From Candidatus Poribacteria bacterium (lineage in GTDB: Bacteria > Poribacteria > WGA-4E > UBA9662), in assembly GCA_036339735.1 (NCBI GenBank), contig JAYZAL010000079.1:69592-133591 (forward strand): a stretch of DNA of 64,000 nt, written 5' to 3'. The notes under the pieces are model-generated. The model saw only the letters and a program-made list of their open reading frames with translations. It did not search any database and was not told where the DNA came from. The position numbers were made by a program, and so were the translations under genes. Shown piece after piece: positions 1-10,010 of the stretch (position 1 is the first letter of the stretch; every line of letters begins with the position of its first letter).

Positions 1-63
1 GCCTCAGATTTTATGACTGGCCAAATTGTCTATGCTGAAGGTGGTTTAATCAGTCGTTTTTAA
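1..63 (+). CDS. 3' end of SDR-family oxidoreductase (partial)
   Basis: Frame 1 reads ASDFMTGQIVYAEGGLISRF-stop, matching the typical SDR C-terminus (S-x-[FY]-x-TGQ-x-x-x-x-[DE]GG). Confidence 0.7.
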   Translation, partial: ASDFMTGQIVYAEGGLISRF

Positions 64-74
64 GGTGACTTACA

Positions 75-1466
75 ATGAATAATCCTTACTTGTCTCTTGA
101 TCAGCAGATGGTGGGCGATGTTTATACATCCAGTGAAGTTATGCATAATCTAACTGTTTTGTGTGATGATTTTGGCTCTCGTTTTGCCGGTACAGTCGCA
201 GAAAAGCAGGCGGCCGATTTTATATTGGGGTGTTTCCAAGAATATGGCTTATCAGAAGCACGGTTGGAAACTTATCCCTATGCGGGTTGGTCAAGAGGTA
301 ATGCAACCTTAAGAATTACCGCCCCAATTGAACGTGAAATACCTTGTATATCTCTTCCATACTGTCCTTCTCAATCTGTGAATGGTGAATTAATTTCGGT
401 TGGTTTTGGTGGCCCTGATGATTTTGAGCGCTTATCAGGCAAGCTGTCAGGCAAGATTGTCTTGGCAAGTAGTGCATCTTCTCCTGAACTAGGACGCTGG
501 GTCCATCGAAAAGAAAAATATGAGCGATCTGTTTTAGCTCAAGCTCAGGCTTTTATTTTCGTTAGCGAACATGCGGGCGTTGGCCCCGAAACTGGCAGTT
601 TACAAAATAATCGGCCGGCTCCAATTGCCGGTATTTCCGTTAGTAAGGAGGATGGTGCATTTTTACAGCGTCTGATAGACCGAAAAAGTTGTATTCAACT
701 ACAGATTGAAACTACAGATGTTAACACGCCTCGTATATCCTGGAATGTCGTTGCTGATCTACCTGCAGAGGGACCCAACGCAATAAATGAGGAGCAGATT
801 GTATTGGGTTGCCACTATGATGGACACGATATTTCACAGGGAGCACATGATCCAGCTTCAGGCCTAGTGCTTATGATTGAATCGGCTCGCGTGTTGGCGA
901 AACATGCGCGTTCAGCCCTCAAACGGACCATTCGTTTTATTGCATTTGGAACCGAAGAAATCGGTTTAACCGGAGCTTTCCAATATGTCAAAGCTCACCA
1001 GACTGAAATGGATCAATTACGATTCATGTACAATCTAGATGCTGCTGGTGGAAGTAGTCGAAAAGGTTTAGTTCTACATCGTTGGGCGGAACTAACATCT
1101 TTCTTTGAGAATGCTTATCAGGAAATGTCGGTTAATTTGCCTGTTGGGCAGAAATTACATTCGTACTCAGATCATTTTCCATTTTTTCTAGCTGGTGTTC
1201 CGAGTGGACATATGGGGGATCCAGAATCAGGACCTAAAGGTCGAGGATTTGGCCATACAGCTTATGATACATTGGAGAAGATTGAAATTGATCACTTAAG
1301 AGCGGGAAGTACTATATCTGCTCGTCTAGCCTTGAGGATGTCAGCTGATCTAGATTTTCGGCCTGTTCGTCGAAATAATGAATCCGTAGACCAAATCATT
1401 GCTACTGACCCTGGGTTAGAGGGATACCGGGTAGCTCAAACGCTTGCTGATCAGTTATCTGACTAA
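75..1466 (+). CDS. M28-family metallopeptidase with PA domain
   Basis: GSRFAGT, CHYD, GAHDPASG, GTEEIGL, NLD, SDH and C-terminal HTAYD motifs, with a PA insert. Confidence 0.85.
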   Translation: MNNPYLSLDQQMVGDVYTSSEVMHNLTVLCDDFGSRFAGTVAEKQAADFILGCFQEYGLSEARLETYPYAGWSRGNATLRITAPIEREIPCISLPYCPSQSVNGELISVGFGGPDDFERLSGKLSGKIVLASSASSPELGRWVHRKEKYERSVLAQAQAFIFVSEHAGVGPETGSLQNNRPAPIAGISVSKEDGAFLQRLIDRKSCIQLQIETTDVNTPRISWNVVADLPAEGPNAINEEQIVLGCHYDGHDISQGAHDPASGLVLMIESARVLAKHARSALKRTIRFIAFGTEEIGLTGAFQYVKAHQTEMDQLRFMYNLDAAGGSSRKGLVLHRWAELTSFFENAYQEMSVNLPVGQKLHSYSDHFPFFLAGVPSGHMGDPESGPKGRGFGHTAYDTLEKIEIDHLRAGSTISARLALRMSADLDFRPVRRNNESVDQIIATDPGLEGYRVAQTLADQLSD

Positions 1467-1514
1467 AGATCGACGGGTTGACGCAAAAAGGCGAGATTTG
1501 GTAAAATCGAACTC

Positions 1515-2204
1515 ATGTTTCGTCTTTCGCCCACAGCTCTTAAGGATGCTGTCAATAAGAAATGGGGATGTGCTCGATGTTTTTGGTTGCGTATTCGCCA
1601 TCGAATTCGACATCCAGATACTGGTTTGGGCAAAATTCACCAACAAATTCATGACTGGGTGTATGAATATCTAGATAACCGCAGTCTGCCCCAGCTGCCT
1701 GCTGGTCGTCTGATAAAAAGTGAGTTGTCAGTCCGATCTCAACCATACAAAAATGTAGAGTTGACAGGCTACCTTGACGGTTTATTGGCTCTTGACGCTG
1801 GTGGATACGCTATCATCGACATAAAAACGACTGATAGACCAGAATATGTTCGTGCTAATTACTCTTTACAACTGAATGTTTATGCTTATTGTCTAAATCA
1901 TCCAGCAGTTTCGGATAAAAATGACAGCAACACTAATTATACTCCAGTAAAAGATTTGGGCATTTTGACCTTCACTGGCCATCGATTTGGTTTTGATCCA
2001 CCGCGAAAAGGTGGGATCGTAGGTGAGATCCAATGGCACCGTATATCACAAGACTCAAAAATGGTCGAAGTAGCCATTGATCAAGCTTTAATGATTTTGC
2101 AGCAAGATTGTTTGCCCGATTCTAATCCGAATTGTCAATGGTGTCAATTTTATGAAAGGATAGGCCATGATTTTACCGATTTTTCAAAAAAAAATAGCAG
2201 ATGA
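1515..2204 (+). CDS. PD-(D/E)XK nuclease, RecB/Cas4-like
   Basis: LSPT start, CARC, G-x-LD..IIDIKT, QLNVYAY and C-terminal CQWC. Confidence 0.8.
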   Translation: MFRLSPTALKDAVNKKWGCARCFWLRIRHRIRHPDTGLGKIHQQIHDWVYEYLDNRSLPQLPAGRLIKSELSVRSQPYKNVELTGYLDGLLALDAGGYAIIDIKTTDRPEYVRANYSLQLNVYAYCLNHPAVSDKNDSNTNYTPVKDLGILTFTGHRFGFDPPRKGGIVGEIQWHRISQDSKMVEVAIDQALMILQQDCLPDSNPNCQWCQFYERIGHDFTDFSKKNSR

Positions 2205-4615
2205 TACTATCAACATTTGAGCAGAAGGAAAATGCGATGTTAAATCGATCATTGCCCGTGCCCCAATTACTTTTCAACTTGATTGGCTTGTCGCTTGGTC
2301 TGATTTGGCCCCTATTGGCTAGTAGCCAGCTGCATCATCATCGTGCTTTGCCTACCATTGCCTTGTCTGGCCATGACGGGTGGATCACCTCTGTGGATTA
2401 CTCGCCTGATGGTCGTTTTTTGGTTTCTGGTTCTAGTGATCGTACAGTCAGAGTTTGGTCTGTAGCTGACCGTGAGGAAGTTTCTACTTTTATTGGTCAC
2501 ACGTCAATGGTTAATGCCGTCGAATTTTCACCTGACGGGGAATTAATTATTTCAGCCTCCAGTGATGCGACCGTCCGTATTTGGTCTTTATCTAAACAAA
2601 AAGAAATAGCTACGATTGTTGCTCATAAGTATGGTGTAAACGATGTTACCTTTTCTCCGGATGGAAAGCTCTTTGCAACAGCGGCGAGGGACTATACGGT
2701 TAAATTGTGGTCAACTGAAACATTAGAGGCTGTTGCTGTTTTGGATCGGCAACGTAACCTAGTACAGTCGGTTCAATTCTCCCCTGATGGACAGACACTG
2801 CTCACAGGATCCGATAGTACTCGACTCTGGCAGGTTTCTGATTTCACACAACTGGATTCTTGGAATGTTACGAACGGTTGGACTTGGGCTATCGACTTTT
2901 CACCATCTGCCGATATATTCCTAACCGCCCAGAGTAATGGCCAAGTCAAATTGTGGCGAGCTAGCGATCGTAAAGAGATTCAGTCTTTGGCTGGACATGA
3001 GTCTGATGTTTCAGAAGCTAAATTTTCGCCGAATGGTCAATTTATTGCTTCTGTGTCGCGTGAAATCCGCCTATGGTCAGTCATTGGTATGTCTACAGTT
3101 GCACGACTTAAGGATGGAGAAAACTACATTCACTCTGTTGACTTCTCTCCGGATGGTCGATCCATTGCAACTGGAACACATAATCGTACTATTCTAATAT
3201 GGGATATCCAACCTTATCTTAACCCTACAATTTTGCAAGCTGAAGTTGTTTCTACAACTTTTGAATCTGTTGATATCGACATAAACGTCGCCAACGCTAA
3301 TGATCTATACGGTTTTCAGTTTGATCTCAAATTTGATCCCAAAATCTTGACGTTACGATCGGTGACAGAGGGAGATTTTCTGAAAAAAGCGGGTGGTGAA
3401 ACTTATTGGATGCCAGGTAATGTTGACGACTCCTCTGGTATCATTCATCGTATGCTCGGTATGCGTCTCGCGCCTGGTGAGGTTATCGGCAAAGGTCAGT
3501 TAGCCCGTTTAAGCTTCTTGCCCAAACAGACTTTCGATAGCCGGATCGAGATTACTGATTTTCAGTTATCTAACGAAGAAAGCAAACCGATTGTCGCTTA
3601 TGCGAATGGTGTTACCGTTAATATGCCAATTCGTGTTTCTGCTGATATTTTTGTCAACGCTTGGACTGATGGGCCTAATGTTTTAGCTGAGGTTCAACTT
3701 GGGTTTCCTGTCAATGTACATGGTTTTCAGGTTGATCTTAATTATCCTTCACAGCTAGAGTTGCTTCCCTTAGATAAACCTGAACTTGTATTCGATATTA
3801 ACAAAGTTCGCGGTATTACTCAAAATACTTTGTTTAAATTTCGGATACATCAGGGGGGAAATTTGAAATTTACTTTGTCCGATGGATTATTGAGTGGACC
3901 GCTGGAAACGACAGCTTTGCCTACATTGTATTCCAAACAAATAGAGGTGATTGCCGCCCCACCTTGGGATATAAATCGAGACTACGTAGTTGATTTATTT
4001 GACTTAGTGATTCTTGCTAGCCACTTAGGTCAAGAGGTTTTGGGACAACCACGTCCGAATCCCGATGTTAACAGAGATGGAAAAGTTGATTTATTTGACT
4101 TCGTCAAAGTTGGTGCGAACTATAATCGAGCCTATTCACCTAATCCTGTAAACCAAAATGACGTTTTGACAGCTCCCACAGTTCTCGCTCAACCTACTAT
4201 TGATCTATCTGACCTCATTCCAATTGTACTCGAGCTAGAACGACATCCTATGGCAAATCATCCAAACTTTTTGCTAACTCGCCAGTTATTATCATCCTTG
4301 ATTTCACCTCAATCTATACGTCTATACCCCAACTATCCTAACCCTTTTAATCCTGAAACATGGATACCCTTCCAGTTACACCAAACAACTGAGGTAGTAA
4401 TCAGGATTTACAATGTAGCTGGTGCGTGTGTTCGTCAATTGGATTTAGGCATACAGCCTGCAGGTTCTTATCTTACCAAGGATCGAGCGGCCTATTGGGA
4501 TGGTAAAAATAAGCAGGGCGAACAACTACCCAGTGATGTGTATTACTACCAGTTACATGTTAATAAGCCACAATCAACAGTAGTTCCGACCCGATCTATG
4601 ATGATAATAAAATGA
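2201..4615 (+). CDS. Exported WD40 beta-propeller + cohesin + dockerin-like + FlgD-Ig/T9SS-like C-terminal domain (start possibly 2237)
   Basis: Signal-like N-terminus; about 7 GH..FSPDG..W repeats; LYGFQFDLKFDP cohesin; paired DINRD/DVNRDG Ca-loops; NYPNPFNPETWIPF..WDGKN tail. Confidence 0.85.
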   Translation: MILSTFEQKENAMLNRSLPVPQLLFNLIGLSLGLIWPLLASSQLHHHRALPTIALSGHDGWITSVDYSPDGRFLVSGSSDRTVRVWSVADREEVSTFIGHTSMVNAVEFSPDGELIISASSDATVRIWSLSKQKEIATIVAHKYGVNDVTFSPDGKLFATAARDYTVKLWSTETLEAVAVLDRQRNLVQSVQFSPDGQTLLTGSDSTRLWQVSDFTQLDSWNVTNGWTWAIDFSPSADIFLTAQSNGQVKLWRASDRKEIQSLAGHESDVSEAKFSPNGQFIASVSREIRLWSVIGMSTVARLKDGENYIHSVDFSPDGRSIATGTHNRTILIWDIQPYLNPTILQAEVVSTTFESVDIDINVANANDLYGFQFDLKFDPKILTLRSVTEGDFLKKAGGETYWMPGNVDDSSGIIHRMLGMRLAPGEVIGKGQLARLSFLPKQTFDSRIEITDFQLSNEESKPIVAYANGVTVNMPIRVSADIFVNAWTDGPNVLAEVQLGFPVNVHGFQVDLNYPSQLELLPLDKPELVFDINKVRGITQNTLFKFRIHQGGNLKFTLSDGLLSGPLETTALPTLYSKQIEVIAAPPWDINRDYVVDLFDLVILASHLGQEVLGQPRPNPDVNRDGKVDLFDFVKVGANYNRAYSPNPVNQNDVLTAPTVLAQPTIDLSDLIPIVLELERHPMANHPNFLLTRQLLSSLISPQSIRLYPNYPNPFNPETWIPFQLHQTTEVVIRIYNVAGACVRQLDLGIQPAGSYLTKDRAAYWDGKNKQGEQLPSDVYYYQLHVNKPQSTVVPTRSMMIIK

Positions 4616-4742
4616 ATTATAGGAAAGACTACTACGTTTATTGAATATTAACAGATTAAATCGATTGTGATATCATCTATTGTCGAGGTTCCGTTGTCTT
4701 GAATCTAGACAAAACCTTAGTTAAATGGGAGGCACCTAAAAA

Positions 4743-5648
4743 TTGAAATCAGCACCGCCTACTTATCCTGATGGGCAAGTAGGACAAGCCAATACTCTTA
4801 TCAAATACAACAATCGCCTCCCTGTAGAATCTGGGCCTAAAAAGGGTGGATTGTTTGGCAGCCGGAAAAAGAAAGCGCCCAGTGGTTTAGTTTCAAGAGA
4901 CCAAGTCAAAGAATTACTATTTCAATCGATTAGTAGCATGCCCGATCAGGAAGCTAAGATGCTGAGAGGCATTTTTGCTCTTTCCAATACTACTGTTCGA
5001 GAACTGATGGTACCACTTTCTGAGTTGATGGCTGTCCATATAAGTACTCCAACTGACCAAGTCAAATCTATGGTCAAAAACAGCAACTATCAACATTTAC
5101 CAGTTTATGAGCAACGTATTGACCGCCTGACTGGTATTGTCAGTTTAACTGATATTCTATATGCTCATAGTGAGGAAAGTGAGCTAAATAGCTTTATTCG
5201 CCCAGCTCATTATGTCCCTGAAACCAAACTTGCTAGCGATCTTCTAGAGGATTTACGGACTGCTGAAGATCCGGTTGCTATTATTATTGATGAGCACGGT
5301 GGTTGTGTTGGGTTTATTAGCTTTTTTGATATTATTGAATTAATCGTTGGTACTATTTCCCACACTCAAAGGCGTCATAACCTACAAGTTGAAGCTCTAG
5401 GTAATGGCACTTGGGTAATTGATGCTCGCGCCCCAATTGATATAGTCAACGAACAACTCGGAATTCAAGTTCCTAAGGATCGTTGCGACACAATTGGCGG
5501 TTTTATTCTTAAACTTTTAGGCGAGTTACCAGCTCAAGGAGTCAAAATCAACTTCGATGGTATTGAATTTGAAGTAGAAGAAGTTTTTAGCTATGGTATT
5601 ACGGTTCTTCATGCTAGAAAATCTAATCCTCCTGCAATCAGAAATTAG
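4743..5648 (+). CDS. CBS-pair + CorC/HlyC domain protein (no N-terminal TM domain)
   Basis: VRELMVP, LPVYE, YVPETK, IIDEHGG..G..DIIELIVG, DTIGGFI; GGAGG upstream of the TTG start. Confidence 0.85.
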   Translation: MKSAPPTYPDGQVGQANTLIKYNNRLPVESGPKKGGLFGSRKKKAPSGLVSRDQVKELLFQSISSMPDQEAKMLRGIFALSNTTVRELMVPLSELMAVHISTPTDQVKSMVKNSNYQHLPVYEQRIDRLTGIVSLTDILYAHSEESELNSFIRPAHYVPETKLASDLLEDLRTAEDPVAIIIDEHGGCVGFISFFDIIELIVGTISHTQRRHNLQVEALGNGTWVIDARAPIDIVNEQLGIQVPKDRCDTIGGFILKLLGELPAQGVKINFDGIEFEVEEVFSYGITVLHARKSNPPAIRN

Positions 5649-5680
5649 TTTATCATCACATCAGAACGGAACTAAGTCAT

Positions 5681-5803
5681 ATGATGCAGTATCGACAAAG
5701 ACGTCCATCTCCTGGTTGGGGACGGGTAATTTGGTATACGATTTTGCTGATTGGAATCATAATTGCGATGAACAATATGATTTCGATTACTAAGCATTTT
5801 TGA
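5681..5803 (+). CDS. Putative 40-aa single-pass membrane protein (below the ORF-track cutoff)
   Basis: MMQYRQRRPSPGWGRVIWYTILLIGIIIAMNNMISITKHF: basic N-terminus then a hydrophobic helix; fills the intergenic gap. Confidence 0.5.
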   Translation: MMQYRQRRPSPGWGRVIWYTILLIGIIIAMNNMISITKHF

Positions 5804-5870
5804 CCGTTGATCAAATAACAATCAAGTTTCAGCGTACCTTTGCGCTCAAATTTCTTTCGAAGAGGGATTT

Positions 5871-7211
5871 ATGTCACGACACTTGCAAATGGGTTTTTGT
5901 CTGGTTCTAACTTTATTTTTCCTCACCTTTTCTGTTCAAGCAGCTCAAGACAAACTAGTTATAATTTCACCGCATTGGGAAGGCATAGAACAGGAGTTCA
6001 ACCGTGGGTTCGAATCTTGGTATGAAGAACAGACGGGTCGAACTATCAAAATGGATTGGTTGGATCAAGGAGGTACATCTTCTGATATCCGCTTTATCGA
6101 AGCTGAATACAAGCGTCTCAAAGATGGGATCAATATAGATTTGCTATTTGGTGGTGGTACTGATGCTTTTATGAAATTAGCTGAAATGGGGCTTTTAGAA
6201 ACCTACAAGCTGCCGGAAAATCAACTCACGGGATTACCCACAGATATGCATGGTATTCCCGTCTACGATAGTCAATACCGATGGTATGGAGCTGCATTGT
6301 CTAGCTTTGGTGTAATGCATAATGAAGCTCTTCGCTCTCGACTGAAGTTGCCTAGAGTTAGTAATTGGAAAGATTTGACTAATCCTCGTTTAATTGGTCG
6401 TGTTGGTGCAGCTGACCCGAGAGAAAGCGGCAGTGCCCATATGATCTACGAAATTATCTTGCAAGGATATGGTTGGCAAGATGGTTTTTCCATCTTAACT
6501 CAACTAGCAGCTAACGTGCGTGGTTTTTCCGCAGGTTCTAATGCAATTCCAAAGGACGTAGTAGCTGGCCAAGTGATCTACGGCATGGCCATTGACTTCT
6601 ATGCCTATGGGGCTATTGCTCAGCAGAGTGATCCAAACAAGATTCAGTATACTCTACCCCCAGACGCAACGGTCATCGCTCCCGACTCGATTGCGATCTT
6701 AAAGGGTGCTCCTAACAAAAAAATTGCTGAAATGTTTGTAACTTATGTTATGTCTAAAACAGGTCAGAAATTATGGTTATTGAGAGATACGGACCCGGAA
6801 GGTCCCAAAATTAAGGGAGGACTCAACCGTGCCAGTGTTTTGCCATCTCTTTACGACGAACTTGGGGATCGGTCAGTGGTAAGCAATCCTTTTGAGAGTT
6901 CACTTACCCCTATTCAGTACGATCCCGTGAAGGGGAGTTCACGCACCAAAGTGCTGAATGATCTAATGGGAGCATTGCTGATAGATCAACACAAGGAGTT
7001 GGTCAAAACTTGGAGAGCTATCCATAAATCGAAAAATGAAGACAAAAAAAATACAGCGATATCTGTTTTATGTGAGCTTCCTTTGACCGAATCTGAAGCG
7101 ATCAGGTTAGAAGAAAAATTCAACGACAATGTTTTACGAAATAAGAAGCTCAAAGAGTGGAGTAAATTTGCTTCTGACAAATATCAGCGAGCAAGAAAAG
7201 CTTTAAAATAG
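5871..7211 (+). CDS. ABC transporter substrate-binding protein (Fe3+/AfuA-like family)
   Basis: Signal peptide ending VQA; IISPH, DLLFGGG, ADPRESGSA, PDSIAILKGAPN. Confidence 0.8.
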   Translation: MSRHLQMGFCLVLTLFFLTFSVQAAQDKLVIISPHWEGIEQEFNRGFESWYEEQTGRTIKMDWLDQGGTSSDIRFIEAEYKRLKDGINIDLLFGGGTDAFMKLAEMGLLETYKLPENQLTGLPTDMHGIPVYDSQYRWYGAALSSFGVMHNEALRSRLKLPRVSNWKDLTNPRLIGRVGAADPRESGSAHMIYEIILQGYGWQDGFSILTQLAANVRGFSAGSNAIPKDVVAGQVIYGMAIDFYAYGAIAQQSDPNKIQYTLPPDATVIAPDSIAILKGAPNKKIAEMFVTYVMSKTGQKLWLLRDTDPEGPKIKGGLNRASVLPSLYDELGDRSVVSNPFESSLTPIQYDPVKGSSRTKVLNDLMGALLIDQHKELVKTWRAIHKSKNEDKKNTAISVLCELPLTESEAIRLEEKFNDNVLRNKKLKEWSKFASDKYQRARKALK

Positions 7212-7279
7212 GATTAATAATTAAGCCAGTTTTTTGTTGATTTCACATTCATTGAACAGGAACTTGTTGTAGTTTATCA

Positions 7280-8113
7280 TCATTTTTTGCTAGTTTTTTT
7301 CTGCTCCTTCCAACGTATAACTGCCCTGTTTTTTATTTCTTTCCAATGGTTACGCCAGCTGGTTTTTCCTTCATAGCGAACGATATCATGAATGGTTGCT
7401 CGTGGCTGATAGGTGACATAATTTCCCGTATGCCACCCTAAGTTACGATAGATCATAAAATCACCCGGCCCTAAATGGACTTGGACCGCGGATGGAAAAC
7501 TACGACAATGATCTAGATAGTAGCGCTCAGCTTGGACGTTAGACATGTCTGAAGGTGGCTTCCGCAAGTTGACCTGATGTGTTGTTTGGCGCTCTCCGGG
7601 CAAATCAAACTGTCGTAAATGGCTACCCGGAACAAACCAAGTGCAAGAGTCAGCATAAATAGCACAGTTGACCTGGTTATAGTAGCGTAAGTCATGCCAT
7701 ACCGAACTCAGCTCTTTTTTGATTTCATCATCATATGCTTCCGGTGGGACTTCCACAACACCGTCTCGATGCCATCCAATATGCCAAGGATGATCAACTG
7801 GTTCTACCAACAAACCCATTATGTCAAGGTGCCCATGTGTGTAAGGTTGTCCAAGTAGCTTTTCGGTCGCATCTTTAAGCTCAGGCAAATTGGTATAATC
7901 TTCGAACGGGCTTAAATTGAGATCATCGGCATAATTAGATAATGGTTGGATACGCTGAGTCTGAGCTCCATTCAGCTGATGGGCCAACCGACGAGCTTTG
8001 TCGGCTTCAACTCGTAAGTCAGTCATTAGTGCAGGAGGTATAATTCCTCGAAATACCAGATACCCTTGTGATAAGTATTGATCAATCATCTCTGATTTAA
8101 ACTGAAAACCCAT
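7280..8113 (-). CDS. PhyH-family Fe(II)/2-oxoglutarate dioxygenase
   Basis: QGYLV, WHRD, VPGSH and distal GWH. Confidence 0.8.
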   Translation of the reverse strand: MGFQFKSEMIDQYLSQGYLVFRGIIPPALMTDLRVEADKARRLAHQLNGAQTQRIQPLSNYADDLNLSPFEDYTNLPELKDATEKLLGQPYTHGHLDIMGLLVEPVDHPWHIGWHRDGVVEVPPEAYDDEIKKELSSVWHDLRYYNQVNCAIYADSCTWFVPGSHLRQFDLPGERQTTHQVNLRKPPSDMSNVQAERYYLDHCRSFPSAVQVHLGPGDFMIYRNLGWHTGNYVTYQPRATIHDIVRYEGKTSWRNHWKEIKNRAVIRWKEQKKTSKK

Positions 8114-8119
8114 TCTTTT

Positions 8120-9013
8120 TTACTCTGAAATTTCTCTCTTCTTGTAGAAGGTTTTTCGGTTATGTTGAAATAATGGTTCTTCCATCAAGCTTTGGACTTC
8201 GTAAATAGATCCCTCTTTCTCTCCATAAGGTCGAGGTATTCGAATTGGTAAATCAATCATACGGGGTTGATATGTTAATTGACCTTGTAAAATACATTCG
8301 TTAAATTGGTTCCATTCCGTCACTCCAAGAATAGGCCATGCATCGATGGCACAATATTGAATTAAGAATAAACGTCTTGGCTGACTTGAGGTATTAGAAG
8401 ATGAACCATGTAATGTTCGAACATGATGTAATGAAATTCCTCCAGCGTTAACTTCTACGGGAACTGCACCTTGAGGTGTAAAATTGGCTTCTGTGATTGC
8501 ACCGACGAAAACACCATCCTGATGATGATTGTATACTGGACCAGTGTGAGAACCGGGAACTACCATCATACATGAGTTTTCAATTCTCATGTCATCCAAA
8601 GCAATACCAACAGCTAGAAGGTCATCATTAGTATGTGGATAAAAAGCCCAGTCCTGATGCCATTGTACAGGACTGCCAGATCTTGGGTTTTTCATATTCA
8701 GCTTATGCCCATTTTGTCGGATCCCACTACCAATTAATTGACTAACCAAATTAAGAATATTAGGGTGTCGCATGGCTTGGTCGTAAACTGAATGGTGATT
8801 AGCCGGACTTTTGATACGACGAACGTGGGGTTCTTCAGCTGTATGGTTAGGTTCTAGGTCAAAAACATCTGTGTGGGTTTCGACTGAACGGGATTTGTCC
8901 ACAAATTCGTCAGTTACTCGACACAAATCAACCAGCAATTTTTTGGGTATCACATTTTCAACCGCTAGATAACCTTGCTGACGATAGAATTTGACTTGCT
9001 CTGGGGTTAGCAT
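8120..9013 (-). CDS. PhyH-family Fe(II)/2-oxoglutarate dioxygenase
   Basis: LTPEQVKFY..GYL, WHQD, VPGSH, LHGSSSN..PRR. Confidence 0.9.
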   Translation of the reverse strand: MLTPEQVKFYRQQGYLAVENVIPKKLLVDLCRVTDEFVDKSRSVETHTDVFDLEPNHTAEEPHVRRIKSPANHHSVYDQAMRHPNILNLVSQLIGSGIRQNGHKLNMKNPRSGSPVQWHQDWAFYPHTNDDLLAVGIALDDMRIENSCMMVVPGSHTGPVYNHHQDGVFVGAITEANFTPQGAVPVEVNAGGISLHHVRTLHGSSSNTSSQPRRLFLIQYCAIDAWPILGVTEWNQFNECILQGQLTYQPRMIDLPIRIPRPYGEKEGSIYEVQSLMEEPLFQHNRKTFYKKREISE

Positions 9014-9034
9014 TGTCCTTTCTCCTGATTTGAT

Positions 9035-9988
9035 TCATTCCGCTAATGCTGCAAAAAGGGCTTTAATGTAACCGATAGAGTAAGATAAACCATGACTCAA
9101 ATTTCCTCTATCGCCCTCAAGTGTTGGAATATGATCAGCATTAATACAACCATCAAATCTAACTTTGTCCAGATGTCGCAAAATTTTGAAAAGATTCATA
9201 TCTCCGTCGTCTAGTAAGACCTCTTCAAATCCGCCTGCAGTGGCTAAGCTGCCTCGTACGTTACGCAAGTGAACCATGAAAATTTTACCTTTCCGACCAT
9301 AGTTATTGATTTCATCTATAACTATAGCTGAACCACCAGCTTCAGACCGGGTTCCGCAGCAATAAAGGTAGCCCACACTTCTACTGGGGAAAAAGTCAAT
9401 TACCCGGTGAAAACCGATTCCTCCAAGTGGGGTATCAGGATTTGGAACATCACTGGGATGGATTGCTAATTTAATTCCCGCATCCTCAGCAATTGGGACT
9501 AGCGCTTGATATACTAAACAAAAACGTTCCCACCACAACTCTAAATCCTGTAATGCTGGAGTTTGAGGCTTTCCCTTCGTTAAGTATCTACTCTCTCCAC
9601 GGGATTTATAACCACCTCGGTGTCTTGACTGATAACGTGTCATCAACTGTGGGAAGGTGTCACCTGCGAAACGTTGCCGAACCAGTGGACAACCTGCCTC
9701 GGCAAAGACATGCAAAGCCTTTGTAGTATTTTCTAATTCGATTTCGCTATCATCTTGACCACTCATGAATTTTTCACTGATATTCGGTAAAGTAACCCGA
9801 TTAATTTCCAACCCCCAAGAGTGAATCTTTTTCTTAATTTTTAATAGTTCATCTAAATCAGGATAACCTTGTTCTTGAACACCGGGAAAGCTGCTATCGG
9901 TACCAAAATCTATCGCATCAGCGCCAAGTTGAGTAATCAGTTTTAAGTAATTATCGTCTAATCCGCGATCCCAAACAGAAATTCTCAT
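9035..9988 (-). CDS. Mannonate dehydratase (UxuA)-family protein
   Basis: LVPIAEDAGIKLAIHPSD, VHLRNV, FEE..DDGDM, ADHIP, SIGYIKAL. Confidence 0.8.
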   Translation of the reverse strand: MRISVWDRGLDDNYLKLITQLGADAIDFGTDSSFPGVQEQGYPDLDELLKIKKKIHSWGLEINRVTLPNISEKFMSGQDDSEIELENTTKALHVFAEAGCPLVRQRFAGDTFPQLMTRYQSRHRGGYKSRGESRYLTKGKPQTPALQDLELWWERFCLVYQALVPIAEDAGIKLAIHPSDVPNPDTPLGGIGFHRVIDFFPSRSVGYLYCCGTRSEAGGSAIVIDEINNYGRKGKIFMVHLRNVRGSLATAGGFEEVLLDDGDMNLFKILRHLDKVRFDGCINADHIPTLEGDRGNLSHGLSYSIGYIKALFAALAE

Positions 9989-10010
9989 TATATGTACCTC
10001 TATTCTGTTT

